Of a DNA stretch of 64,000 nucleotides, positions 1 to 9,705 are shown piece after piece (the stretch's first letter is position 1; every line of letters starts with the position of its first letter). This DNA comes from Patescibacteria group bacterium (GTDB lineage Bacteria > Patescibacteriota > Minisyncoccia > Phycocordibacterales > DATDWN01): positions 111,398 through 175,397 of the forward strand of contig JAZKAN010000001.1 of assembly GCA_040389125.1 (NCBI GenBank). Reading direction: 5' to 3'. The notes under the pieces were generated by a model. It worked only from the letters and a program-made list of their open reading frames with translations. It was not told the DNA's origin and searched no databases. Both the position numbers and the translations under genes were made by a program.

Positions 1-1356
1 TGGTTTGTCAGGCTGCCCAATACCAATCGCCTCTTTGACTGCAAAATCATAACTCGCATAGTCCTGGAACATAATTCCGAGATACGACCACCACTCCTTT
101 GTCGAAATATCCCGCAAGTCAATTCCGTTTACAAGTATCCGTCCCTCGACTGGGTCGTAGATACGACAAAGCAGTTTTACAAACGTCGTTTTTCCTGCAC
201 CATTGTTTCCCACAAGTCCAATTTTGAATCCAGGTTTAAGTATTAGACTTAGATTTCGCAAACTCCATGTTTCTGTATTTGGATATTTGAAACTAACATT
301 TTCAAAAACGATTTCTGGAGCTGTGGCAAGTGAAAGAATTTTTGGATTTTTGATTTCTTGAATTATAGACTTTGTCTCTACAACCTCTTGAATATCCTTT
401 ACTGTCAGGTGAGAATCATACTGTCGAGAAATCGAGAGTAAAATATTTCCGATTGACGAACGTACTGTCGAAAGTGTTCCTATTAAATACACAAGACTAC
501 CGATAGATGCACCCCCATCGGTCACCTGCTTTACAAGCAAAAACAAGGCTCCTGCAAAACCTAAATACGCTATAATATCAGTAACCGTTGTCTGCCACAC
601 TCTGGATCTTTCCAATTTCAATTGTATGACTTCGAAATCAGTCAAAATCTTACGCATCCAATTCAAAATCTTGTCTCCAGACTGTAATAACTTTGTTTCG
701 ATAAGGGGGATTTTGTGCTGAATATGTTGTCGTAAATCCTGATAGCGTCTTTGCTCTGGAGAATCTTTGCTCCAAATGCCCCAGGATCGAGTTGAATATT
801 TAATATCTGTAAGAAAGCTGGGTACAGCCGAGACAATAACGATAAGATAAATAAACCAACTAAAATGTACCGCGAGAAATGTACCAACAACCAAACTGGC
901 AATGGCTGAGACAAGATCAAATTGCTGTGCAGCAAGTTCAAATGGCACAAACGGACCTTTTCTAAATGCTCGCTGTAGTAAGTCTTGAAATTTTGAATCT
1001 TCGTATGTCGCAATATCAATTCGCTCACGATGTTTGAAAATATCCAGTTCGATCTCTCTGGAAAGAGCGAGTTGCCAATGGCGATTTATAAATAGGCGTA
1101 CATTTCCTAAAATTGTTGGAAGTGCGGTCACAGATGCATACAGAAAAAGTATCATCCAAATATCTTTATATGAACCAAGTTTTGCCCCGAGTAGAATACT
1201 ATTTACAAGTTTTCCAAGAAACCAAGAACTGCCATATGGGAGCACGCCAACAATGATAGAAATTATCATTATTGCAAAAGTTTCCTTTCTCGCGAAACGA
1301 AAAGCATAGCTCATAGAAAATCGCACACTCTTCAAATACTCTTTAATATTTTTCAT
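1..1356 (-). CDS. ABC exporter, fused permease + ATP-binding protein (MsbA-like); C-terminus cut by window edge
   Basis: Absent from the ORF track because it runs off the edge. My translation from ATG 1356-1354 gives MKNIKEYLKSVRFSMSYAFRF..., a TM-rich N-half, then Walker A LVGNNGAGKTTFVKLL (nt ~170-220). The frame stays open to nt 1. Track ORFs 663..1028(-) and 1034..1309(+) are other frames of this gene. Confidence 0.85.
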   Translation of the reverse strand, partial: MKNIKEYLKSVRFSMSYAFRFARKETFAIMIISIIVGVLPYGSSWFLGKLVNSILLGAKLGSYKDIWMILFLYASVTALPTILGNVRLFINRHWQLALSREIELDIFKHRERIDIATYEDSKFQDLLQRAFRKGPFVPFELAAQQFDLVSAIASLVVGTFLAVHFSWFIYLIVIVSAVPSFLTDIKYSTRSWGIWSKDSPEQRRYQDLRQHIQHKIPLIETKLLQSGDKILNWMRKILTDFEVIQLKLERSRVWQTTVTDIIAYLGFAGALFLLVKQVTDGGASIGSLVYLIGTLSTVRSSIGNILLSISRQYDSHLTVKDIQEVVETKSIIQEIKNPKILSLATAPEIVFENVSFKYPNTETWSLRNLSLILKPGFKIGLVGNNGAGKTTFVKLLCRIYDPVEGRILVNGIDLRDISTKEWWSYLGIMFQDYASYDFAVKEAIGIGQPDKP

Positions 1357-1362
1357 TAAGAA

Positions 1363-2472
1363 TTATTGTACCACTTTTTCAATTATTCCCCCACCGAGAC
1401 AGAGCGAATTATCGTAGAGAACAGCAGATTGACCCACGGAAACTCCCTCTTGTGGTGTATCAAATACGATACGATATTCATCATTTTCTTTTGTGAGAAC
1501 ACACGCTTGTTTTTGCTGACGATAGCGGATTCGAACAGTAGTTTCATATGGAAACACTGGTTCTGTTCCAGAAATGAAATGTAGATTTTTTATAATTACA
1601 CTTTTTGCGTTGTACTCTGTATTTTCATTTTCTAAATTTTTACTTGCAACAGTGATTGTATTTTTCTCTATATCTTTGGATACAACAAAATACCTTCCAT
1701 CATCTGGACCCTTTTTTACCACATCAAATCCGTGACGCTGACCAATCGCATAGAACACCGCTCCATCATGTGTCCCAATTACCTCCCCATCGGTATTTAA
1801 TACATTTCCTTTTTCTGTTTTGATATAGTGCGAGAGAAAATCCTTCATATCCACCTTGCCAATGAAACACAATCCTTGACTATCCTTTTTGGTTGCAGTC
1901 GGTAGTGCAAATTCCTCGGCGAGTTTTCTCACTTCTGGTTTAGTCATGCCTCCCACCGGAAAGAGTGTGTGTGAAAGTTCATGCTGACCAAGAGTGTGTA
2001 CAAAATATGACTGATCTTTATTTGTATCAACTGACTCATGGAGTTCAAACTTGTCATCTTTTTGTATTACTTGTGCGTAGTGTCCTGTTGCCACATAGTC
2101 AGCGCCCATTTCGAGAGCTTTGCGAAGAAATACACCAAACTTTACGTATTTATTGCAAAACACATCGGGGTTTGGAACGCGCCCAGATGAATACTCTCGT
2201 ATCATATAATCTACCACCTCTTTTTTATATTCAGCTTCACAGTCGAGAGTTATAAATGGAACGCCGAGAGTGGCACAGACTCGCATGGCGCTCCGTCGTT
2301 CCTCCTTCCAGTCACACGGTAAAAAATCTGGATACCAGACCTTGAGAAACACACCTGTGACATCGTACCCCTCATTTTGTAACAACGCCAAAGCAACAGA
2401 GCTATCTACCCCGCCCGACACCCCCACAAAGGCTTTAGATTTTTTATTTTCCACACCCTCTTTATACCACAA
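1363..2472 (-). CDS. mnmA: tRNA-specific 2-thiouridylase MnmA
   Basis: PP-loop FVGVSGGVDSSVALALL and full-length MnmA-like sequence (369 aa). The start codon at 2472 is TTG. Confidence 0.95.
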   Translation of the reverse strand: MWYKEGVENKKSKAFVGVSGGVDSSVALALLQNEGYDVTGVFLKVWYPDFLPCDWKEERRSAMRVCATLGVPFITLDCEAEYKKEVVDYMIREYSSGRVPNPDVFCNKYVKFGVFLRKALEMGADYVATGHYAQVIQKDDKFELHESVDTNKDQSYFVHTLGQHELSHTLFPVGGMTKPEVRKLAEEFALPTATKKDSQGLCFIGKVDMKDFLSHYIKTEKGNVLNTDGEVIGTHDGAVFYAIGQRHGFDVVKKGPDDGRYFVVSKDIEKNTITVASKNLENENTEYNAKSVIIKNLHFISGTEPVFPYETTVRIRYRQQKQACVLTKENDEYRIVFDTPQEGVSVGQSAVLYDNSLCLGGGIIEKVVQ

Positions 2473-2509
2473 ATATTTGAAATTGGTATAAATTCAAAAA
2501 CTCGTCGAA

Positions 2510-2605
2510 AACATGTATTTTTTGGAACATCGCGGAACCCATGTAGAGGTGAGCGCGAAGAAATTTTTCTCCAGAAAAATATTCTGTTTCCAAAAAATAC
2601 ATGTT
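2510..2605. repeat. Long AT-rich inverted repeat (about 18-bp arms, ~60-nt spacer) between mltG and mnmA
   Basis: acatgtattttttgg (2511-2525) is the exact reverse complement of ccaaaaaatacatgt (2590-2604). The pairing extends 1-3 bp at each end. An inner tcgcg/cgcga pair is also present. Confidence 0.6.
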
Positions 2606-2632
2606 GAGAAAGAGTTTTAGAATTTTATTAAA

Positions 2633-3640
2633 CTACAAATATTTTGCTTTATTCTTTTTATGCTCCTCAAATGTCTTGGCATAATACATCACCCCATCTT
2701 TTCCAGTTAGAAAATATAAATAATCAGTTTGTACAGGATGCAGTGCCGCATCGATGGATTCGAGCCCTGGATTACTGATCGGTCCTGGAGGCAATCCGGC
2801 ATACTTGTACGTATTATACGGAGAATCAATCTTCAAATCACTCGCAGTCAGAGTATACGAGTTTTTACCATTTACATACGAAAATGCAGCATCAACCTGG
2901 AGTGGCATACCGAGGCTAATACGTTTCCAAAGCACACCTGATACTATTTTACGATTTTGAAGTGTTCTCGCCTCGCCCTCGACAATAGACGCCATTATAA
3001 TAATCTCCTCTTTTGTATGACCAGATTTCTTGATTTCAGAATCAAGGGAAGTAATTTTTTTATTAAAATTATTCTGCATGATAGATACAACAACTTCTGC
3101 AGAGGCGTTTGGAGAAATAAAATAGGTGTCAGGAAATAAATATCCCTCCTCACCCCTAGCAATTTCAATAAAATGCGCTGTATCGAATCCCACAATATGT
3201 TTACTTAGATATTCTGCAATCGCAAATACATTCCACCCTTCTGGAATAGTAATTTTAATCGGTTCCAAATGAAAATTCCCGCGAACAAGTCTGAGTGCGA
3301 GCACGACACTTCCCTCGTCTGAATTGAGCAGATATTCGCCAGCAATCACACGTTTCTCCCCTCCAAAAAATATAACTGCGGAACGAAAAAGGATCCGTGA
3401 ATTAATAATATGTTTTGAGTACAGCATTTCTGTAATACTTTGCAATGATTCTCCGGGTGGAATAATAACACTCTGTCCTTTTGGAAATCCCACAGGCACA
3501 CTAAACAGCACCGTGTATAGGAGAAAAAAAAGAATACATACACCTGCAATGCGCAACAAATATTTGCGTGCAATTTGACGAGGAGTCAAACGCGGTGTAC
3601 CTGGATTTTCTATGACTACTCTCTGTTCTATATTTTCCAT
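2633..3640 (-). CDS. mltG: Endolytic murein transglycosylase MltG (YceG-like)
   Basis: YceG motifs LQVDAAFSYV and DSPYNTYKYAGLPPGPISNPG, with an N-terminal TM anchor. The track start 3748 is TTG. The ATG at 3640 (MENIEQRV...) lies 5 nt after the upstream stop and is preferred. Confidence 0.9.
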   Translation of the reverse strand: MENIEQRVVIENPGTPRLTPRQIARKYLLRIAGVCILFFLLYTVLFSVPVGFPKGQSVIIPPGESLQSITEMLYSKHIINSRILFRSAVIFFGGEKRVIAGEYLLNSDEGSVVLALRLVRGNFHLEPIKITIPEGWNVFAIAEYLSKHIVGFDTAHFIEIARGEEGYLFPDTYFISPNASAEVVVSIMQNNFNKKITSLDSEIKKSGHTKEEIIIMASIVEGEARTLQNRKIVSGVLWKRISLGMPLQVDAAFSYVNGKNSYTLTASDLKIDSPYNTYKYAGLPPGPISNPGLESIDAALHPVQTDYLYFLTGKDGVMYYAKTFEEHKKNKAKYL

Positions 3641-3647
3641 TGGAGTA

Positions 3648-4913
3648 TTATACAGGAATATTGACAGGAGCCTCTGCTTTTTTGGAGCCAATTCGTCCAA
3701 ATGTAGGTGTGGTACTAACCTGACCAGGGAAATGATACAGAGTTGCAAGCTCCTCAGAATTTAATACAAAATACGGTCGTTTATATGGTTTGAAAAAATA
3801 TGCCCGTCGTTTGTATGCGTCCAGCATTTCTTGTCTCTCTTTATTTCTCGCCTTTTCACTGCGGGGTATAATTAAACCAAAATATTTATTGAAAAATGGT
3901 ATGTTGTCACTCGATCCTCGAGCGGGTTTAAACCCATTCAAGTTATTGGAGTTAAAATGTGCAATACCACCGATCATACCACCAATATTTGCCCCCACAA
4001 AAATATCTTTTGGAGCTGTATAAATAATACGCATACCCACATCAAACGGTACTTTTGACAGACTACGACCGAGAGCTTTTATTGTTTCCTGCTCATTTTC
4101 GTTCAGCTGCCTGCCCATACCGGGAACAAATTTACCATCCGCCCCCTTTTCACCTTTTGCACTTTCTTGGATTTTTACAATTTCATCCTCCGCACCCTTT
4201 TTCCACCGCTTGTCTATTGCCTTGCCTGTTTTTGGATCCACATCTTCTTCTTTGTGGGCACGAATAATAATCTGAAACCAGGCCTGCTGTCCTCGACCGA
4301 GTGACGCCATGAATTCAATGAGAGGGGTCAGTGGATCAATTTTAAATTCCTCTTTTGGATCCTTGTCCATTCCATAGTCCATATATGTTTTGATCGGGTA
4401 TGCATCGGCTTTTGTCAGATCAAACTCAAATGCAGTCAGACCATGAACATCTGGGTTAAATGTGACAGGTAGTGTGTAATCCGGGACCTCATATATTTCC
4501 ACTCCCGGGTATTGAGAATAGATGTTCGCCTCAATTATATTTTTCTGAGCCTTGCGTGCTCGAATGAAGAAATGAATAGCGCCGTCTATAGACGCTATTT
4601 CTAGTGAAAAATCCTGTCGTGACTGACCTTTCAAATATATTTCATGCCAGTTTCTTTCGAAATCTTTTTTATTCATACCCGCTATAAAAAATTCTGCGGC
4701 ACGGGGAGATTTGAAAATTTCTTTTGGTAATTTTATTTCAAGTAGAACGTATGTCTGTTTCGCCATATACTGTGCACGTTTATAGTCCACAAACATTTCC
4801 CACAGCCAAAACAATAGTAGTCCAGGCACCCACACAAATGCGGAATAGTAGAGAAATTTGAGCGTAATCTGTCCTGATCCAGATTGAAAAAATCTAATAT
4901 AGGGTTCAAACAT
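3648..4913 (-). CDS. Hypothetical membrane-anchored protein (421 aa), family not recognised
   Basis: Long ATG-initiated ORF with an N-terminal TM segment (FLYYSAFVWVPGLLLFWLW), tightly packed with mltG. No motif I can name. Confidence 0.75.
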   Translation of the reverse strand: MFEPYIRFFQSGSGQITLKFLYYSAFVWVPGLLLFWLWEMFVDYKRAQYMAKQTYVLLEIKLPKEIFKSPRAAEFFIAGMNKKDFERNWHEIYLKGQSRQDFSLEIASIDGAIHFFIRARKAQKNIIEANIYSQYPGVEIYEVPDYTLPVTFNPDVHGLTAFEFDLTKADAYPIKTYMDYGMDKDPKEEFKIDPLTPLIEFMASLGRGQQAWFQIIIRAHKEEDVDPKTGKAIDKRWKKGAEDEIVKIQESAKGEKGADGKFVPGMGRQLNENEQETIKALGRSLSKVPFDVGMRIIYTAPKDIFVGANIGGMIGGIAHFNSNNLNGFKPARGSSDNIPFFNKYFGLIIPRSEKARNKERQEMLDAYKRRAYFFKPYKRPYFVLNSEELATLYHFPGQVSTTPTFGRIGSKKAEAPVNIPV

Positions 4914-4989
4914 ACCCTAAGTATATAGCACGTGTGTAAAAAAGAAAACAACTTCGAGTGAAGTTGTTTTCTGAAGTAGGTGTTTTTGT

Positions 4990-6027
4990 TTATGCGATAC
5001 TATATTTACCCTCTTTGGATTTCTTGAAATATTTTGGATTCTGAAGGTTGACCATGATCGTGTTTTCTTTGACATACCGCTCCTTCAAAACTTTTTTGAT
5101 GATTTCGTCTTTTGTGAGTGGTCCATTTTTCTCAATTACCCCTCGGATAACGTCTTTGACCACACCACTCATATATCCCCACTCTGCAAGTGCATACAGT
5201 CCGCGTCCGACGAGAACAAATCGAGGATCCTTGATAAGTTCGTTGTGTGTCGTTGCAACATGCGCCTTTTTCTTGAACAATTCTGTAATCAGTTTTGCAA
5301 CTTCTCGGAAATGAATAGGTGAACCATGTCGACGGATAACGAGAAAAGCATAGTCTCGCATGCCCTTTGCGTTTATATTTGGTGATCCGGCCTTGCCCCA
5401 CTCACCGAGCTCGTTTTTGTCGATAAGTTTGGACAATGCGAGCCATCGTTTTGCAATCTCCTCATTTTTGTATTTATCTGAAACTTCTTTCAAATTCTCC
5501 AGAAACTTTTCCACCATATCTGATTCAAGGAGGATTTCATCATCTGAAAGTGTTGAGTACAGTTGTCTGAGCGAGTTGTGAATTTTGCTTGAAAGATCCT
5601 TGTCTACATGCCAGCGATGTTTGAATTCGGCATCCTCTTTTGTACGAGTGAACTCCTCTCCAACAGTTAGGAGAAAATGAACATGATTCTGTGTTGATTT
5701 ATCTTTGGAGAAATGTTTGAGCAAATCCTCTTCTGAAATAACAGAGCCAAGAGATGCAATAATTTCTTTCATCTCATCAAAAATAATTTTCTCTTTTGCA
5801 TATTCTTTTGACTTTCGAATATTGGCAATAGAATAGTTTTCGATCTGGCGAACTCGTTCGCGAGTGATTTTGTATTTTTTGCCGATCGCCTCCAGAGTCA
5901 TGCGTTTTGTATCATCACCTAGGCCAAAACGACCAGTAATAACATCCTGTGCTCGATCACCGAGAACAGAGAGTAATCGTTTACTGATTTGCTTTGGCTT
6001 AAATGTGATTGGTGTTTTGTCGCTCAT
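4990..6027 (-). CDS. Sigma-70 region-4-like HTH protein with C-terminal HARE-HTH (RpoE-delta-like) domain
   Basis: N-terminal RFGLGDDTKRMTLEAIGKKYKITRERVRQIENYSIANIRK resembles sigma-70 region 4. C-terminal MRDYAFLVIRRHGSPIHFREVAKLI...DPRFVLVGRGLYALAEWGY resembles HARE-HTH. Confidence 0.8.
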   Translation of the reverse strand: MSDKTPITFKPKQISKRLLSVLGDRAQDVITGRFGLGDDTKRMTLEAIGKKYKITRERVRQIENYSIANIRKSKEYAKEKIIFDEMKEIIASLGSVISEEDLLKHFSKDKSTQNHVHFLLTVGEEFTRTKEDAEFKHRWHVDKDLSSKIHNSLRQLYSTLSDDEILLESDMVEKFLENLKEVSDKYKNEEIAKRWLALSKLIDKNELGEWGKAGSPNINAKGMRDYAFLVIRRHGSPIHFREVAKLITELFKKKAHVATTHNELIKDPRFVLVGRGLYALAEWGYMSGVVKDVIRGVIEKNGPLTKDEIIKKVLKERYVKENTIMVNLQNPKYFKKSKEGKYSIA

Positions 6028-6140
6028 ACTTTTTGTAATAAATATGCTGGTTAGCTATTAGATATCCAACGAATGTACCCTTATTTGTATCATCTATGCC
6101 AATATAAGTCAAGCCTTGACGCATAGCTGAGTACATTCGC

Positions 6141-9100
6141 TTAAATAACTATATTTATAAGCCTATTTGGTACATAGATGACTTTCTTCACATCTTTACC
6201 GAGCAACCACTTCCCTATTTCTGGCAGATTTTGAGCCTGAACTATAAGTTTTGACTCGTCTTCATCGGGTTCTGCCATAAACTCAGCACGCACTTTTCCA
6301 TTAACCTGAACCATGATTCTAACTTCACTTTCCTTCATTTTCTTTGGATCAGCCTTGGGCCAAATCTCAGAAACAAGAAGTGTTTTGTGTCCCAATTCTC
6401 GCCATATCTCCTCCGTCACATGCGGTGCAAATGGCGACAGAATTTTCAAAAACATTTCAAAATTTTTCTGATTTATTTCTGTACTTTTTTCCATTTCATT
6501 GACCAAAATCATCATGCTCGATATTGCAGTGTTGAATGCAAAACCTGCAATATCATCTGTTACTTTTTTTATTGTTTTGTGTAGGAGTGTTTCAAACTTT
6601 TTATCATTTTTTGCTTTCGGTGTGATTTTTGTACAGAGTCGCCACACACGCTCTACAAACCGCCGCGAGCCAATAATGTTTTCTGTGCTCCATGGTAAAT
6701 ACGCCTCAAATGGACCCATGAACATTTCGTATACACGGAGTGTATCGGCGCCATACGTTGCAACAACATCATCTGGATTGATACCATTTCCATATCGCTT
6801 ACCCATTTTTCTACCATCAGTACCAAGAATCAAGCCTGGACTCTTCCATGCCTGAAACGGTTCCTCCATCGGAATTAATCCACAATCTTTCAAAAATTTA
6901 TTCCAAAATCGTGCGTACAATATGTGTCCTGTCGCATGTTCCGCCCCACCAACATACAAGTCAACATTTTTCCAATATGCAATTTTTTTCTTATCGGCAA
7001 ACACTTTCTTATTTTTTGGATCCATGTAGCGGAAAAAATACCAGGATGAACTTGCCCACCCCGGCATAGTGTTTGTCTCGTATCCTTTTTTGACCCAACT
7101 AGGCTCTGAGGCAAGCGGAGATTCACCTGTACCAGTTGGTTTATATGATTCAATATGTGGCAACTTTAGTGGAAGATTTTTGTCCAACAACGGCTTGATC
7201 ACTCCATCTTTGGTATGCACAAGTGGAATCGGCTCACCCCAATACCGCTGACGTGCAAACACAGCGTCACGCATTTTGTATTTTGTAACGACCTTACCCT
7301 CGACATATTTGATGATTTCTCTGCGTGCATCCTCCGATTTCATACCCGTAAACTGCCGTGAATTGATAAGTACACCCTCGCCTGTATAGGCAGTTGCTCC
7401 TGTTTCCATTTTCTCTTTCCATATATCCACCTCTGCATGTGTCATATGTTCGTAGTTGAGTTCTGACTCGTCTAGCCAAATAATATCGGTCTGATTTTCA
7501 TCTGTTATGCGGACTTTGGTATAATCCTCCAATTCAAAAAGCACCGCAGTGGTAAACGCAACTCTATTCTGATCTTTGTGTGCAGCAAAATATTCAGCAC
7601 GCACTTGACCTGGTAAAACTTTAGTCAGTTTCAAGTTTGTAAATCCAGTCTCCTCTCGCACTTCACGTCGTGCCGCATCCACCACATCCTCACCCTCCTC
7701 GATTCCACCCATCGGAAACGTTGTCCAATTATATTTCTTCCACTGTAGTGCGAGATATTTTCCTGTTTTTGGATCACGAACAATAGGGTGTACATTTTTT
7801 CTCTCTACAGTTTTTTTACCTGCAACTGGCGGATTACGTTTGTCTATTATATTTGGTAGCACTGTCTCGCGTAGCGGAATACCGAATTTCTTTGCAAACT
7901 CCACATCGCGTTCGTCATGCGCATCACCGAATACAGCTCCTGTACCGTACTGTGCCAATACAAAATCAGCCACAAACATAGGAATTTCCTCGCCATTTGC
8001 AGGGTTTACCGCTTTGACACCCCGGAGCATAACTCCTGTTTTTGCTTTATCATCACTCGTTCTCTCCTCTGTGGTTTTGTTTTTGACTTCTGTAATATAT
8101 TTTTTTACTTCATCACGATTTTTGAGAACTCCCACATGATCATCATCTACCGCGAGTGTGACCCACAGATGCTCCGGTGCAAGGACCAAAAACGCAGCAC
8201 CAAACAGTGTATCAGCACGCGTAGTAAACGCAGGAATGTACCCAGGTTTCTGCCCTCCTTCAAATACAATTTTGAATGTAATTTCTGCTCCCTCTGATTT
8301 TCCTATCCAGTTTCGCTCGATTTCTTTTATATGTTCAGACCAATGTAGACCATCGAGCCCCGTAAGAAGCCTCTCGGCATATGCAGTGATACGCATAAAC
8401 CATTGTCGCATCTGACGTTTCTCTACAGGAAATCCGCCACGTTCAGAAACGAGTGTTCCCTGTGGACCATCCACCACCTCATCATTTGCAAGCACCGTTC
8501 CCATTTCGGCACACCAGTTCACCTCGCTAAATCCCTCGTAGGCCAGCCGGTATTTCATGAGTACATCCTGTTTCTCTTTTTCACTTTTTGCTTTCCACTC
8601 TTTTGCGGAAAAAGGTACAACCGCGTCAGAAGCTGCATCCGCACCGACACTTCCCGATTTTTCAAATATTTTTATGAGGTCTGCGATTGGTCGCGCCTTG
8701 TCTTTCTTTTTGTCGTACCAGCTTTCAAAAATTTTGAGAAATATCCACTGCGTCCACCGATAGTACTCTGGATCTGTTGTGTTTACTTTTCGATCCCAAT
8801 CAAATGACAGTCCAATATTTGAAAGTTGTTTTTCGAATGTTTTAATATTGAGTTCCACTGCTTTGCGTGGGTGTATGTTGTGCTGAATCGCGTACTGCTC
8901 CGCAGGTAGCCCAAACGCGTCGTAGCCCATGGGATGGAGTACATTGAATCCCTGCATGCGTTTAAACCTCGCATACACATCGGATCCAATATAACCCTTT
9001 GGATGCCCAACATGCAGTCCTGTACCAGATGGGTACGGAAACATATCGAGCACATAGTATTTTTTCTTCTTGGAGTTGTCCTCTGTTTTATATGCCTTTT

Positions 9101-9158
9101 TCTTGGCCCACTCGGCTTGCCACTTTTTCTCAATTTTCTTGTGATCGTAGTCTTTCAT
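6141..9158 (-). CDS. leuS: Leucine--tRNA ligase with inserted Nudix domain
   Basis: HIGH motif (PYPSGTGLHVGHP), editing-domain motif FTTRADTLFGAAF, GTGAVFGDAHDERDVEFA, KMGKRYGN (KMSKS). 1005 aa, about 140-160 aa longer than typical bacterial LeuRS. Confidence 0.97.
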   Translation of the reverse strand: MKDYDHKKIEKKWQAEWAKKKAYKTEDNSKKKKYYVLDMFPYPSGTGLHVGHPKGYIGSDVYARFKRMQGFNVLHPMGYDAFGLPAEQYAIQHNIHPRKAVELNIKTFEKQLSNIGLSFDWDRKVNTTDPEYYRWTQWIFLKIFESWYDKKKDKARPIADLIKIFEKSGSVGADAASDAVVPFSAKEWKAKSEKEKQDVLMKYRLAYEGFSEVNWCAEMGTVLANDEVVDGPQGTLVSERGGFPVEKRQMRQWFMRITAYAERLLTGLDGLHWSEHIKEIERNWIGKSEGAEITFKIVFEGGQKPGYIPAFTTRADTLFGAAFLVLAPEHLWVTLAVDDDHVGVLKNRDEVKKYITEVKNKTTEERTSDDKAKTGVMLRGVKAVNPANGEEIPMFVADFVLAQYGTGAVFGDAHDERDVEFAKKFGIPLRETVLPNIIDKRNPPVAGKKTVERKNVHPIVRDPKTGKYLALQWKKYNWTTFPMGGIEEGEDVVDAARREVREETGFTNLKLTKVLPGQVRAEYFAAHKDQNRVAFTTAVLFELEDYTKVRITDENQTDIIWLDESELNYEHMTHAEVDIWKEKMETGATAYTGEGVLINSRQFTGMKSEDARREIIKYVEGKVVTKYKMRDAVFARQRYWGEPIPLVHTKDGVIKPLLDKNLPLKLPHIESYKPTGTGESPLASEPSWVKKGYETNTMPGWASSSWYFFRYMDPKNKKVFADKKKIAYWKNVDLYVGGAEHATGHILYARFWNKFLKDCGLIPMEEPFQAWKSPGLILGTDGRKMGKRYGNGINPDDVVATYGADTLRVYEMFMGPFEAYLPWSTENIIGSRRFVERVWRLCTKITPKAKNDKKFETLLHKTIKKVTDDIAGFAFNTAISSMMILVNEMEKSTEINQKNFEMFLKILSPFAPHVTEEIWRELGHKTLLVSEIWPKADPKKMKESEVRIMVQVNGKVRAEFMAEPDEDESKLIVQAQNLPEIGKWLLGKDVKKVIYVPNRLINIVI
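7404..7808 (-). other. Nudix hydrolase domain inserted within LeuRS (aa ~451-585)
   Basis: A perfect Nudix box GX5EX7REUXEEXGU is present: GGIEEGEDVVDAARREVREETGF, aa 484-506, nt 7641-7709. It lies between HDERDVEFAKKFGIPL and GEGVLINSRQFTGM. Confidence 0.85.
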
Positions 9159-9213
9159 TTCCTAATAGTACAACAAAAGAGCCTTTTGGCAAAAGTAGGT
9201 AATTTTATTCGCC

Positions 9214-9696
9214 TTACGCACTACCTATAAGTAATCCAGCAACGAGCACCAACGCCCCACCTATTACGACCTGAATCGCTGACAACACAAAGTGCATTTT
9301 GAAATACTTGTACCGAATATATGCAATCGAAAGTAATTCCAAACCGACTACAACATATGCTAAATAAAGTCCGTACTGAAGATTGGACATAAGGAACGGA
9401 AGTGTGTGCAGAATTCCTCCGAGAAATGTCATTCCACCTACAATCGCACCACGGACAATAGGATGACCGCGACCGGTATGCTCGCCAGTGTCAGAAAGTG
9501 CCTCTGCAAACGCCATACTAATTCCAGCTCCGACAGCTGCCGCCACCCCAATGAGAAATGTAGTATGAGGATTGTGCGTTGCAAACGCAGTTGCAAAAAT
9601 CGGTGCAAGCGTTGAAACCGATCCATCCATGAGACCTGAAAGCGCAGGCTGTACTACTTTGAGCAAAAATGCTCGATCGAGATGTTCTTGCTCCAT
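9214..9696 (-). CDS. VIT1/CCC1-family (iron/manganese) transporter-like membrane protein
   Basis: QPALSGLMDGSVSTLAPIFA and GISMAFAEALSD motifs, with multiple TM segments. Confidence 0.8.
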   Translation of the reverse strand: MEQEHLDRAFLLKVVQPALSGLMDGSVSTLAPIFATAFATHNPHTTFLIGVAAAVGAGISMAFAEALSDTGEHTGRGHPIVRGAIVGGMTFLGGILHTLPFLMSNLQYGLYLAYVVVGLELLSIAYIRYKYFKMHFVLSAIQVVIGGALVLVAGLLIGSA

Positions 9697-9705
9697 ATAA
9701 ATTTA

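Noticed and set aside
663-1309. Track ORFs 663..1028(-) and 1034..1309(+)
   Set aside because: Both lie within the edge-truncated ABC exporter gene (1..1356, minus strand) in wrong frames or on the wrong strand. The true frame is missing from the track because it has no stop inside the window.
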